From an uncultured Gammaproteobacteria bacterium (GTDB taxonomy: Bacteria; Patescibacteriota; Patescibacteriia; UBA1558; S5-K13), in assembly GCA_964424195.1 (NCBI GenBank), contig CAYRHT010000002.1, forward strand, positions 8,458 to 72,457: DNA of 64,000 nt. Direction: 5' to 3'. The notes under the pieces are model-generated. The model was not told the DNA's origin and did not search any database. It saw nothing but the letters and a program-made list of their open reading frames with translations. The translations under genes were made by a program, and so were the position numbers. Below, piece after piece: positions 37,544 through 47,942 of this stretch. Every line of letters begins with the position of its first letter. Position 1 is the stretch's first letter.

Positions 37544-39093
37544 AGAAAAAACAAGTAATTTTAGCTATCTTAGACGGTTGGGGTATAACAAAAGCTTCTA
37601 AGGGTAATGTTATAACATTAGCAAAGACTCCTACTTATGATTGTCTATTAAAACATTATCCTAATACAAAATTAGTTGCTAGTGGCGCTAAGGTTGGTTT
37701 ACCTAGTACTCAAGATGGTAATTCTGAAGCTGGTCATATGAATATTGGAGCAGGAAGAGTTATTAAGCAAGATGATATGTATATTACTAGTGCTATTAAA
37801 AATGGTACATTCTTAAAGAATCCAGCTTTTTTAGAAGCCATTCATCATGCCAAGGAAAATAAATCTAGTATTCATTTAATAGGTTTATTGACTGGGATTC
37901 AAAGTGCTCATGTTAATCCGGAACATTTAAATCAATTATTAGGTCTTTTAAAGAAAGAGAAAGTAGAGAAAGTTTATTTACATTTATTTAGTGATGGTCG
38001 AGATGCTCCTAAATATGAAAGTGTGAATTATCTCAAAAAATTAAAATCTAAATTTAGAAATGGAGAAAAAATAGCTAGCATTAGTGGTAGATTCTTTGCT
38101 ATGGATCGGAATAAGAAATGGGTAAATAGTGAGAAAGCATATAAAGCTATGGTGAATGGTAAGGGGCGAGAAGCAAAGTCTGCTGAGGAAGCTATAACTC
38201 AAGCTTATAATAGTGGTGAATCAGATGAGTTTATTACTCCAACGGTTATTGTGAATAATAAGAAACCAGTTGGGAAAATAGAGGATAATGATGCTATTAT
38301 TTTCTTTAATTTAAGATCAGATAGAGCCAGGCAATTGACCAAATTATTTGTTCAGAAGAATATTTGTGATCGGAATAAAACTTGTAGAATTAATCGAAAT
38401 AAATTAAAGAATATTAAATTTGTTTCCATGAGTGATTTTGGACCAGACCTAGATGATATTTTAACTGCTTTTCCATCGCGTGATTTATTAGAAACTTTAC
38501 CAATGCAGTTGAAGGAGTATCGACAACTATATATGGCTGAAAGTGAAAAATATGCTCATGTAACTTACTTTTTTAATGGTGGGTATAAAGATCCAGTAGC
38601 TGGAGAAGCTAGAGAAATGATTCCTTCACCAGATGTTGATTCTTATGATCAAAAACCAGAAATGAGTTCTCATAAGATTGTTAGGAAGTTAAAAAGTTAT
38701 ATTAAAAATGATAAGTATGATTTTTATGTTGTTAATTTTGCTAGTCCAGATATGGTAGCTCATACTGGTAATTTAGAAGCGGGAATTAAAGCAGTAGAAG
38801 ACGTTGATAGGTGTTTGAAAGAATTATGTGAAGTGGTTAAGAAGAAAAGGAATATGAGTATGATTATAACTTCAGATCATGGTAATGTGGAAGAGATGAT
38901 TAAGTTAGAAACTGGTGAAATTGATACTAAGCATTCTAGTAATCCAGTACCTTTTATTTTAGTTGATAGTCAATTAAAGAATAAGAAGTTACGCCAAGGT
39001 ATTTTAGGTGATATTGCTCCAACTATTTTAGATATTATGGGCATAACAAAACCTAAATTAATGTCTGGTAAAAGTTTATTAAAAAATAGATAA
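37540..39093 (+). CDS. gpmI: 2,3-bisphosphoglycerate-independent phosphoglycerate mutase
   Basis: ILDGWG, GNSEAGH, DGRD, GRFFAMDR, FN.RSDRARQ, AE.EKYAHVT, PDMVAHTG, SDHGN. Confidence 0.97.
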   Translation: MKKKQVILAILDGWGITKASKGNVITLAKTPTYDCLLKHYPNTKLVASGAKVGLPSTQDGNSEAGHMNIGAGRVIKQDDMYITSAIKNGTFLKNPAFLEAIHHAKENKSSIHLIGLLTGIQSAHVNPEHLNQLLGLLKKEKVEKVYLHLFSDGRDAPKYESVNYLKKLKSKFRNGEKIASISGRFFAMDRNKKWVNSEKAYKAMVNGKGREAKSAEEAITQAYNSGESDEFITPTVIVNNKKPVGKIEDNDAIIFFNLRSDRARQLTKLFVQKNICDRNKTCRINRNKLKNIKFVSMSDFGPDLDDILTAFPSRDLLETLPMQLKEYRQLYMAESEKYAHVTYFFNGGYKDPVAGEAREMIPSPDVDSYDQKPEMSSHKIVRKLKSYIKNDKYDFYVVNFASPDMVAHTGNLEAGIKAVEDVDRCLKELCEVVKKKRNMSMIITSDHGNVEEMIKLETGEIDTKHSSNPVPFILVDSQLKNKKLRQGILGDIAPTILDIMGITKPKLMSGKSLLKNR

Positions 39094-39094
39094 T

Positions 39095-39883
39095 ATGAAT
39101 GAGTTTATAAGACCAAAACCTCTATGTTTAATTGTAATTAGTGGATTACATGTTAATCAGTTATTTGAAAGTAAAACTTCTAATATTAAAGCTCTAATTA
39201 ACAATTACCCCTTTTTAATTCTAAACTCAGATAAGAGAAATGTTGATAATTTTCAAGATTCTTATATTGAATTAGGTAGTGGGTCTAGTATTAGTGAAGA
39301 TAATAAGATTACTTTATCAAAAGTAATCAGTGATGCAGGATTAAGTCAATTACATTTAGCTGATACAGAATCTTATGCTTACAATACTTACTTTTTTAAT
39401 AATCAGAATAAAGTAAAGCATAAGAAGGAGGTTTGGCTTAAGAAATCTTTGTTAAAAGTTGATTCTCATTTAGAGCATATTGATGCAATGCATAGTAAAA
39501 TAACTAAAGATTTAATTAAAGAAATTAATAAACAAGACCATGATTTTATTGTTGTTAATTATAACGATCTCTTAGTCAATACGGACAAGGTTAAAACTAT
39601 TAATAATTTAGATAAGAATATAAAAGATATAATTGATATTGTGTTATCTTTTAATGGAGCAGTTTTAATAACATCAAACAGTAGTTTAAATAGTTTAGAT
39701 AATAGAGTACCTTTCTTTTTAATTGGTAAGCAGTGGCAGAATAAAAGTTATGTAGATTTTGATTTTAGAAAAAAAATTAATGAGCAAGATATTGGTGGTG
39801 ATATTACTCAAATTTCTCCTACAGTATTAAAAATACTTGGATTATCTAAACCTAGAGAAATGAAAACAAATTCTTTAATTTAA
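39095..39883 (+). CDS. Truncated, catalytically degenerate GpmI paralog
   Basis: Colinear with the GpmI phosphatase domain (KPL.LI..G, ADTESYAYNTYFFN, DFIVVN, VPF.L, ISPTVL..LG..KP..M) but lacks the substrate domain and metal ligands. Confidence 0.7.
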   Translation: MNEFIRPKPLCLIVISGLHVNQLFESKTSNIKALINNYPFLILNSDKRNVDNFQDSYIELGSGSSISEDNKITLSKVISDAGLSQLHLADTESYAYNTYFFNNQNKVKHKKEVWLKKSLLKVDSHLEHIDAMHSKITKDLIKEINKQDHDFIVVNYNDLLVNTDKVKTINNLDKNIKDIIDIVLSFNGAVLITSNSSLNSLDNRVPFFLIGKQWQNKSYVDFDFRKKINEQDIGGDITQISPTVLKILGLSKPREMKTNSLI

Positions 39884-39909
39884 AAAGTCCTGTTAATTAA
39901 CAGGACTTT
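39884..39909. terminator. Bidirectional terminator between convergent genes
   Basis: Perfect palindrome aaagtcctgttaattaacaggacttt. Confidence 0.8.
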
Positions 39910-39926
39910 ATTAGAATCAGATATAA

Positions 39927-40358
39927 TTATAATAGATAGAGTAGAAAGTAGGTTAAAATAAATCCAGTGATAACCCCAGTAATTACTTGAGTAACTGTAT
40001 GAGAAATTCTTTCATTTAAAGTTTTATATTTATATTCTAGTTCATCTGGAAGATCAATGATTAATTTATTTATAGCTCTACTGTGTTCTGTTAAATATCC
40101 TCTAAAACCAATAGCATCAGTTATAACAATAAGAGCAAAGAAGAAACTTACTGCAAAAGCTGAACTATTTAGACCTTCTTGAAAACCAATCACTGTAGCT
40201 AAAGAAGTAACTAGAGCACTATGAGCAGAAGGCATTCCACCATAGGCTAGTAAGTTCTTCCAAGAAAATTTACCTCTAATTGCTTCAATTAGTTGTTTGA
40301 TTACTAATTGAGTTAAAAGAGCTATTCCCAAAGGTATTAAAATGAATTGATAGAGCAT
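39927..40358 (-). CDS. Divergent PAP2 family protein (DUF212)
   Basis: GGMPSAHSALV, DA.G.R, L.ERI.HT..QV..G. Confidence 0.88.
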   Translation of the reverse strand: MLYQFILIPLGIALLTQLVIKQLIEAIRGKFSWKNLLAYGGMPSAHSALVTSLATVIGFQEGLNSSAFAVSFFFALIVITDAIGFRGYLTEHSRAINKLIIDLPDELEYKYKTLNERISHTVTQVITGVITGFILTYFLLYLL

Positions 40359-40418
40359 GGTATTAAATTAATATATAAAAGTATAGTATAATTATAGTAA
40401 GAAATTAACAACTATTCA

Positions 40419-41219
40419 ATGATTATTTATCTCAATACAATATTATTAGCATTAGTTCAGGCGATGACTGAATTTTTACCAGTTTCTAGCTCTGGGCATT
40501 TGATTTTATTTCATAATTTATTAGATTCAGATATTTTAAATACTTTAGCTTTTGATGTTGCTCTACATGGTGGTAGCTTATTAGCAATCATAATATTTTT
40601 CTATAAAAATATTAAGAAAGCAGTAGATAATTTTGTAATTAATTTAAAGAATAAAACATTAAAGAAAGATTTAGTATTAATTATTCTTATTTCTATTATT
40701 CCGGCTGGTTTGATAGGTTTATTTTTAGAAGATTTTATAGATAGTTTTTTAAGAAAACCTATTATTGTTGCTGGAGCATTAATATTTGGTTCAATATTAT
40801 TTATTCTTGTTGAAAAACTATATAAACCAAAAAAAGAGTTATCAAATGTAAGTATTTCTAATGGTATTTTTATTGGAATTATGCAGTGTTTAGCATTCAT
40901 TCCTGGTATGTCTAGAAGTGGTATTACTATTGTAGCTGGTATGAATAGAGGACTAACTAGAACTGATGCTGCTAGGTTCTCCTTTTTGTTAGCAATTCCT
41001 TTGTTATTAGGAGCTTTTATTAAAAAAACAGCCGATGTTTTAACATCCACTGCTCAATTCAATTTTTATTTTGTTTTAGGTTTTTTTATGGCATTTATTT
41101 TTAGCTTACTGGCTATTAGAATCTTAATGAAATTGTTAAGAGCTAAATCTGCTTTGTATGGTTTTGCAATCTATAGAATAATTCTAGCTTTAATTATAAT
41201 TTTCTTAGTTTTAAACTAA
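40419..41219 (+). CDS. uppP: Undecaprenyl-diphosphate phosphatase
   Basis: TEFLPVSSSGH, LH.G, PG.SRSG.TI, RFSFLL.IP, FAIYR. Confidence 0.95.
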   Translation: MIIYLNTILLALVQAMTEFLPVSSSGHLILFHNLLDSDILNTLAFDVALHGGSLLAIIIFFYKNIKKAVDNFVINLKNKTLKKDLVLIILISIIPAGLIGLFLEDFIDSFLRKPIIVAGALIFGSILFILVEKLYKPKKELSNVSISNGIFIGIMQCLAFIPGMSRSGITIVAGMNRGLTRTDAARFSFLLAIPLLLGAFIKKTADVLTSTAQFNFYFVLGFFMAFIFSLLAIRILMKLLRAKSALYGFAIYRIILALIIIFLVLN

Positions 41220-41798
41220 ATGATTTTGTTCAGAATGGATAATTAATCTATTATTCTCATTAGTATAGAGAATAAGATTTTCAGAAAGGTGATCTCCAAT
41301 AGTTTCTTTTAATGATAATGGTATAATCTCTGGTCTAGCAAATATTTGAACTACAATATTGTTATAAATAGCTATTCCAGTTTCAGTAAAATCATCATTT
41401 AAAATGTTTTCTCGATGTCCTGGTGATTTAAGCCAGGCTTTTATTATTGATTCATTGTCTGAAAAATCTTTAGCTAAATTTTCTCCAATAAGAGAATATT
41501 TATAGCCAGTTTCTTTAATCCAAGAAGAGAATTTTTTACCCTCTTTTGATTCATGACTGAAATAGTTATTTTCTGCTAAATCTTTTACTTTATTAATAGC
41601 AGCTTGAGTCAATTTATTATTTAAAGTTAGAGGAGTAATATTATCTTTAACTCTTCTTTCATTTACTAATTCAAATACTTGAGCTTCAGAAAGAGGAGAT
41701 ATAGCGATAACTGTTTCTATGCTAGTAAAAAAAACTAGTCCTGATGTAAGAAAGAGGATTGTTAGGAATTTAATAGATTTTTTAATTGTATTTTTCAT
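41211..41798 (-). CDS. Secreted CAP/SCP domain protein
   Basis: LVNERR...L..N.KL..AA, YFSH, GENLA, W..SPGHRENIL, ETGIA; ATG start at 41798 with a signal peptide. Confidence 0.9.
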   Translation of the reverse strand: MKNTIKKSIKFLTILFLTSGLVFFTSIETVIAISPLSEAQVFELVNERRVKDNITPLTLNNKLTQAAINKVKDLAENNYFSHESKEGKKFSSWIKETGYKYSLIGENLAKDFSDNESIIKAWLKSPGHRENILNDDFTETGIAIYNNIVVQIFARPEIIPLSLKETIGDHLSENLILYTNENNRLIIHSEQNHLV

Positions 41799-41959
41799 AA
41801 TTGGTATATAAAAAAGCACTTTATCAAAATCAAAGTACTTTATAACGAATAATCTAAAAAGTCAATATCTATCTTATGTTTTTGTTTACCTTGACCTTCA
41901 TCATAGGTATTTTGATTTTGTTTTTTTGTTTTTTTAAGCTATTTTTAGCCTATAACTTA

Positions 41960-41988
41960 AGTATAGCATGGATATTGACTCTTGTCAA
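41960..41988 (-). promoter_or_regulatory. Near-consensus sigma70 promoter (minus strand)
   Basis: TTGACA-N17-TATACT with an extended -10 TG on the minus strand. Confidence 0.65.
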
Positions 41989-42071
41989 GAGGGAGGAGGG
42001 TTTTAAACTTGATTAAGTAATCCAATTGTTTTAATATGGTATAATACTAATATATAAAATATTATAAATTT

Positions 42072-43145
42072 ATGAATATAGTTATCTTAGCAGGAGGTCA
42101 TGGTACTAGATTATGGCCAGTTTCTAGAAAAAATCAGCCTAAACAAGCGGAGTGTTTTTTTGATAATCAAACATTATTACAGTTAACTTACAAAAGAGTA
42201 TTGAAAGGTTTTAAAAAAGAAGACATATATATATCTTGTGGTCAGGATCAATTTAATCTTTTAAACAAACAAGTTAAAGTTAATAAAAGTAATTTTATAT
42301 TAGAACCAGAAGCTAAGGGTACAGCTATGGCTATTGGCTTGGCTTGTGTTAAATTATATCGGAAAGATAAAGATGCGGTTTTAGCTATGGCTAATTCAGA
42401 TCATTATATTAAAAATGAAAAGGAATATTTAAGAATATTAAAATTAGCTAATAAAGTTGTTCAGGAAAATCCAGACCATTTAACTTTAATTGGAATAAAA
42501 CCTGCTTATCCGGAAACAGGGTATGGATATATTGAATCTGGTAAATTATTTGAGAAGAGTGGTAAAGATGTGATTTATAAAATGAAACAATTCAAAGAAA
42601 AGCCAGATTTGAAAACAGCAGAGAAATATTTGAAGAGTGATAAATTTTTATGGAATCCGGCTTGGTTTGTTTTTAAAGCAGAGACTATGTTAAAGTTATT
42701 TCAGAAACATCTTCCTAAACATTATCAAGCTTTAAAAAATATTGAGCAAAAAATTGGTACAAGAGATGAAGTTAAGGTTTTAGCTACTGAATTCAAAAAA
42801 GTACCTCCAATTTCTATTGATTACGGTATTATGGAAAAGGCTTCTAAAATGTTAGTAATACCATCCAAGGTGGAATGGAAAGATATTGGTTCTTGGGATG
42901 CAGTGGGCGATGCTTTTGAGGATAAATTGAAAAAAACTTCAGACAATACTCTTGTTCTTAATTCAAAGAATAATTTAATTATTAACAAGAATAAAGAGAA
43001 ATTAATATCTATTCTAGGAGTTGATGATTTAATAGTTGTGGACACTAAAGATGCTTTAATGATTTGTCCTAAATCAAAATCACAAGAAGTTAAGAAAATT
43101 ACTGAAGAGCTAAAAAAGAATAAGAAATTAAATAAATACTTATAA
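42072..43145 (+). CDS. manC: Mannose-1-phosphate guanylyltransferase
   Basis: ILAGG.GTRLWPVSR...PKQ, EP..KGTA, SDH, PETGYGYI, FKEKP, SIDYGIMEK, W.DIGSW. Confidence 0.92.
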   Translation: MNIVILAGGHGTRLWPVSRKNQPKQAECFFDNQTLLQLTYKRVLKGFKKEDIYISCGQDQFNLLNKQVKVNKSNFILEPEAKGTAMAIGLACVKLYRKDKDAVLAMANSDHYIKNEKEYLRILKLANKVVQENPDHLTLIGIKPAYPETGYGYIESGKLFEKSGKDVIYKMKQFKEKPDLKTAEKYLKSDKFLWNPAWFVFKAETMLKLFQKHLPKHYQALKNIEQKIGTRDEVKVLATEFKKVPPISIDYGIMEKASKMLVIPSKVEWKDIGSWDAVGDAFEDKLKKTSDNTLVLNSKNNLIINKNKEKLISILGVDDLIVVDTKDALMICPKSKSQEVKKITEELKKNKKLNKYL

Positions 43146-44152
43146 TGAGAAAAATAAAGTTCATAATTATTGTTTTAATAGTATTGGGAATATTTTCCTT
43201 GTTTTTTTATTCCAATCAAATAAATTATCCTTTAGCTAAAGAGGGTGAAGAGATATCTTTTGTTATTGAAAGTGGCCAATCTCCTCAAGAAATAGCAGAA
43301 GCATTAGAAGAGCAAGGAATAATTAAAAGTAGTTTCTGGTTAAGATATCATTTAAAAACAAAGAAGTTAGCTAATAAAGTAATTGCGGGAACTTTTACTT
43401 TATCTCCAACAATGAGTATTAGTCAAATAGCTAAAGAAATAACTACTGTTAATTCAACTGGTGTAGAAGATGAGATTATTTTAATAGAAGGTTGGAATAG
43501 TACTGAAATTGGAGAGTATTTAGAGACTAAAGACTTTTGTAGTCAAAAAGAATGGTTAAATTTAGTAAATAAATATGAGAATAGTAATTATGATTTTTTA
43601 AAGGATAAACCTCGAGCAAATGATTTAGAAGGATATTTATTCCCAGATACTTATCGAATTTATAAAGATTCAAGTTGTGAAGATATTTTAGTAAAGTTAT
43701 TAAATAATTTTGATAGAAAACTTTCTAAAGAAATGAAGAAAGATATCAAGTCTCAAAATAAAAGTATTTTTGAAATAATTACTATGGCTTCCGTTATAGA
43801 GAAAGAAGTTACTAGTATTAAAGATATGAAAATAGTCTCTGGTTTATTTTGGGATAGAATAAAAAATAGACAAGCTTTAGAATCTTGTGCTACCTTAGCT
43901 TATATCCTTGGAGAGAATAAAGCTCAATACTCTTTAGAAGACACTCAGATAAGTTCACCCTATAACACCTATCGAAACAGAGGACTACCGCCGGGACCAA
44001 TTACTAATCCTGGACTAAATGCTATTCAAGCAGCTATTTATCCAACTCATACAGAATATAATTACTTTCTGTCTGATCCAAAAACAGGTAATACCATTTG
44101 GAGTAAAACTTTTGAAGAACATATTCAAAATAAGTGGAAGTATTTAAATTAG
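43145..44152 (+). CDS. mltG: Endolytic transglycosylase MltG
   Basis: LEGYLFPDTY, ASVIEKE, SPYNTY...GLPPGPI.NPG..AI.AA. Confidence 0.95.
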   Translation: MRKIKFIIIVLIVLGIFSLFFYSNQINYPLAKEGEEISFVIESGQSPQEIAEALEEQGIIKSSFWLRYHLKTKKLANKVIAGTFTLSPTMSISQIAKEITTVNSTGVEDEIILIEGWNSTEIGEYLETKDFCSQKEWLNLVNKYENSNYDFLKDKPRANDLEGYLFPDTYRIYKDSSCEDILVKLLNNFDRKLSKEMKKDIKSQNKSIFEIITMASVIEKEVTSIKDMKIVSGLFWDRIKNRQALESCATLAYILGENKAQYSLEDTQISSPYNTYRNRGLPPGPITNPGLNAIQAAIYPTHTEYNYFLSDPKTGNTIWSKTFEEHIQNKWKYLN

Positions 44153-45756
44153 TATTGTTTTACAAAATTATATCCAATATACTCAAAGACATCTTCATCG
44201 GAGATGTCTTTATAAAATATGGGTTCATCAATAAAATGATTAACATATTTAAAGTTGTAAATATCATAATTGTAATCGTCAGTAACTAACAAAACATTTT
44301 CAATTTCTTCATTAATAGGAATATATGATTGGTAAAGAAGTCGCATTTGATCTTGGTAATATGAATAGTATCTAGTTGGACCAGAGCGATCATTAAAAAT
44401 ATAGTAGATTTGATATTCTGGTAAATAATAATTTAAATGTCGTCCATTTTTAATAAAGTTTGTTCGAGTTTTAATATATGGACTATCACCCTCAGTAATT
44501 AAAATAGTCTTTTGAGGATCATACTCTTTAATTGTTTCTGTTATTTGTTCTAAACGCTGATCATTATTTTTTAAATTTACAGCATTAATAGTATAAGGGG
44601 AGACATTGATTAATAATTTACTATTTTTAACTAAACCTTCTGTGTTGAATAGAAAGCTAAGGCATTGAAAAATAATAATAATTGAGATGATTAGATATTT
44701 ATTTTTAATAGATTTCATTCTGTAAATAGCAGTAATTCCTAATATTAATATTAAAGGAACTATGGTCATAATATAGCCAGCTTTACCTAAATGAATAAAG
44801 GAATAGAAAAGAAAAGATGGTAAGAACCAAAACCATAAGATTGCTCTAATTTTTTTATGAAATTTAAGCTTTTTCTTTAAAAGAGAAAAGATTATAAATA
44901 TTGATAAGATCCCCCCAGAATAGAAAAATAATTTTAAAGTATTTCCAGTTTGTTTTAAGGCACTAGCTATTTTTGATAAAGAGAAGAATCCAGTAGCTAT
45001 GGTTGAGGTGAAATATTGGTTTTTAGTGATTATAAAGAATTCTTTAAATCCACCACTTAGAATAGAAGTAGGAATTAACCATAATAAAGTTGTAGAGATT
45101 AGGATTATGGAGTTAGATAATATATTCTGGAAATAATGTTTTTCTCTTTTTAAATAACAATAGGCTGTGAATAAATAAAGAGGAATAAAGAAAATTAATA
45201 AACTTTGTCGAAAACCAATTCCTAAAGCAAATAAAAAACTAAACTTGTAGAGCCAATCTTTTTTTTCTTTAATTATTGAATAACTTAAATAAAAATAAAC
45301 AAGAGCAAATAGTGAATCAATTATATAAATGTTTACAAATTCCCCATGAAACCAAATAAAAGGGTTAGTTATAAAAATTATAGCCGAAAGGATTGATAAC
45401 TTTTTATCTTTAAATATTCTTAAAGCAATGTTGTAAAATAATAAAGCTGCAATAATTGTAAAGAAAATATTAATAATTATTAAAGAATAGTTAGCATTGC
45501 CAATAAATTTATTTACAATTTTACCTAAATAAACATAAAAGAAATATCCTGGAGGATGAGGTTGATGTTGAAGAACATTAAAATTCCTCATACCGAGAGC
45601 TAATTGGACAGAGTCCCATTCAAATAGATATTTAGTGGTAAATAATATTCTAGTAAAGATAGTAGTAACAATTAGAATAAAATAAGTTAGATTCTTATTA
45701 TCACTATCATCTTTATAAAATAGGTTTTTAGTATAGTTTAAGCTTTTTTTAATCAT
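44149..45756 (-). CDS. Polytopic GT-C (ArnT/PMT-like) glycosyltransferase
   Basis: Many TM helices; EWDS...F....HQPHPPGY first-loop motif; G.RQ. Confidence 0.65.
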   Translation of the reverse strand: MIKKSLNYTKNLFYKDDSDNKNLTYFILIVTTIFTRILFTTKYLFEWDSVQLALGMRNFNVLQHQPHPPGYFFYVYLGKIVNKFIGNANYSLIIINIFFTIIAALLFYNIALRIFKDKKLSILSAIIFITNPFIWFHGEFVNIYIIDSLFALVYFYLSYSIIKEKKDWLYKFSFLFALGIGFRQSLLIFFIPLYLFTAYCYLKREKHYFQNILSNSIILISTTLLWLIPTSILSGGFKEFFIITKNQYFTSTIATGFFSLSKIASALKQTGNTLKLFFYSGGILSIFIIFSLLKKKLKFHKKIRAILWFWFLPSFLFYSFIHLGKAGYIMTIVPLILILGITAIYRMKSIKNKYLIISIIIIFQCLSFLFNTEGLVKNSKLLINVSPYTINAVNLKNNDQRLEQITETIKEYDPQKTILITEGDSPYIKTRTNFIKNGRHLNYYLPEYQIYYIFNDRSGPTRYYSYYQDQMRLLYQSYIPINEEIENVLLVTDDYNYDIYNFKYVNHFIDEPIFYKDISDEDVFEYIGYNFVKQY

Positions 45757-45850
45757 TTTTTTATTATAATCCTATTGATTTTTTACTTAAAAGTAAGTAG
45801 TATGATGTTAGAGTGTTTTTGATACTTAATATATATATTTTACACTTTTT

Positions 45851-47371
45851 ATGCTAATAAAGCTATTAAAATTTCTAAGAGTTCCTGAGAGTTCTTTAGA
45901 CAGAACAGAACTAAGAATATATGAAATGATACCTGGATTATTAATTTGGGTAACTTTTATTTTAGCGATAGTTTTATCAATATTTAGATCTCTGTGGGTT
46001 ATTTATTTTGTGATAGTTTTAGATGTGTACTGGGTTATTAGAATCTGGTACTTATTTTTTTATTTAATGGTTTCTTGGTTTAGATACATTAGATCTACTA
46101 GAGTTGATTGGCAAAAAAAAGTTAGGGAATTTTCTAATTGGCAAGAGTATATTCATTTGATAACTTTACCAACCTATAAGGAGCCCTATGAGGTAGTCCG
46201 AGATACTTTTGATAAATTATTGGAGTCAGATTATCCTAAGGATAAAATGGTAATAGTTTTGGGTGGAGAAGAGATGGATCAAGAAAATTTTCTAGAAATA
46301 GCTAATAGAATAAAGCTAGAATATGGTAATAAATTCCAAGATTTATTAATAACCGTGCATCCTAAAGATTTACCAGATGAAATTCCAGGTAAGGGATCTA
46401 ATATGCATTGGATCGGTGTGAAAGCAGCTGAATATTTTAAAGAAAAAGGAGTTGATTATTCTCAAGTGATTATTTCTATGTTTGATATTGAAACTTGGCC
46501 AGATCCTCATTATTTTAATGCTTTGACTTATTATTATTTATCTAATGATCGACCAGAGCATTTTTCTTATCAACCCTTAGTTTTATTTAATAATAATATT
46601 TGGAAATCAAATATTTTAGTAAGAGTTGTGGCAAATTCAACAACTTTTTGGTTATTAACTGATATGTCTAGGTCTGAAAGACTATTTACATTTTCTTCTC
46701 ATAGCATGAGTTTTAATACTTTGGTTAACGTTGGTTTTCATCCTAAAGATATCGTGACCGAAGATACTAGAATATTTTTACATTGCCTAGATCATTTTGA
46801 CGGTGATTATCGAGCTCAACCAATCTTTGTACCAGTTTCAATGCAAACAGTAGATATTGGTAACTTATGGGATTCTTTTAAGAATCAATATACTCAGATA
46901 AGAAGATGGGGTTGGGGAGTAGAGCATTTTCCTTGGATGATGTTAAATTTAGTGAAGAACAAGAAGGTGTCTTGGAAAAGAAAGATTCAATATCTTTGGA
47001 ATCAAGCAGAAGGAGTTTATACTTGGGCAACTTTACCAATATTAATATTACTTCTAGGTTATTTCCCAGTTTGGATTGCTGATATAACTATTCATTATAA
47101 TGTTTTAATTCATAATACACCACAAATCCTAGAAAGAATAATGAATTTTGGTTTAGCAGGTATTATGTTCATCTCTCTTTTGAATATAGGATTTTTACCA
47201 CCTAAACCCAAAGATGTGCATTGGATTAAATATCCCTTGATGATTTTACAATGGGTACTGTTTCCAATCACAATGATTTTGTTTGGTTCAATACCATCTA
47301 TAGAAGCTCAAACTAGATTAATGCTTGGTGGTAAATATAGATTAGGATTTCAAGTAACTAAAAAGAAATAA
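45851..47371 (+). CDS. Membrane GT2-family processive glycosyltransferase
   Basis: PTYKEP, GKG.N, TED, Q..RW (QIRRWGWG); flanking TM helices. Confidence 0.8.
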   Translation: MLIKLLKFLRVPESSLDRTELRIYEMIPGLLIWVTFILAIVLSIFRSLWVIYFVIVLDVYWVIRIWYLFFYLMVSWFRYIRSTRVDWQKKVREFSNWQEYIHLITLPTYKEPYEVVRDTFDKLLESDYPKDKMVIVLGGEEMDQENFLEIANRIKLEYGNKFQDLLITVHPKDLPDEIPGKGSNMHWIGVKAAEYFKEKGVDYSQVIISMFDIETWPDPHYFNALTYYYLSNDRPEHFSYQPLVLFNNNIWKSNILVRVVANSTTFWLLTDMSRSERLFTFSSHSMSFNTLVNVGFHPKDIVTEDTRIFLHCLDHFDGDYRAQPIFVPVSMQTVDIGNLWDSFKNQYTQIRRWGWGVEHFPWMMLNLVKNKKVSWKRKIQYLWNQAEGVYTWATLPILILLLGYFPVWIADITIHYNVLIHNTPQILERIMNFGLAGIMFISLLNIGFLPPKPKDVHWIKYPLMILQWVLFPITMILFGSIPSIEAQTRLMLGGKYRLGFQVTKKK

Positions 47372-47372
47372 T

Positions 47373-47942
47373 ATGGAAGAGATAGAAGTAAAATTTTTAG
47401 ATATTGATTCCAAAGTTCTAATTAAAAAGTTAGAGAGTTTAGGAGCTAAAAGAATTTTCGAGAGATTATATCGAAGAAGAGTTTTTGATTATTCAGATTT
47501 AAGATTAAATCAAAATAATTCTTGGGTTAGATTAAGGGATGAAGGTGATCAAATAACTTTAGCTTTCAAACAAAGAATTAAGCCTGGAGCAGAGGGTGAG
47601 AATGATCAGGGTATGCAAGAGAACGAGATTGTAGTTAGTGATTTTGATCAAACTACAAATATTTTATTTAAAATGGGTTTAATTGAAAAAGGTTATCAAG
47701 AAAATAAAAGGATTCGCTATATTTTAAATGATGTTGAATTTGATATTGATTCTTGGCCAAAGATTCCAACCTATTTAGAAATTGAGGCAGATTCTTGGGA
47801 GAAGGTTGAACGAGCTACTGAATTATTAGAATTAAATTATGATGATAAAAAAATATTCTCAACGACCCAAGTCTATGAGAATTATGGAATTGATTTAGCT
47901 ACCTATAAGAAAGCTACTTTTGAGGAGATGGTTTTAAAATAG
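47373..47942 (+). CDS. CYTH domain protein (class IV adenylate cyclase/triphosphatase-like)
   Basis: EIEVK, WVRLR, LAFK, E.E, E.KR, YLEIE. Confidence 0.88.
   Translation: MEEIEVKFLDIDSKVLIKKLESLGAKRIFERLYRRRVFDYSDLRLNQNNSWVRLRDEGDQITLAFKQRIKPGAEGENDQGMQENEIVVSDFDQTTNILFKMGLIEKGYQENKRIRYILNDVEFDIDSWPKIPTYLEIEADSWEKVERATELLELNYDDKKIFSTTQVYENYGIDLATYKKATFEEMVLK

Noticed and set aside
41990-42000. KOPS-like G-rich motif (agggaggaggg)
   Set aside because: It is a single instance, does not match GGGNAGGG exactly, and polarity cannot be tested by eye.
47373-47942. Firm adenylate cyclase call
   Set aside because: Many CYTH proteins are triphosphatases; the sequence alone cannot distinguish them.
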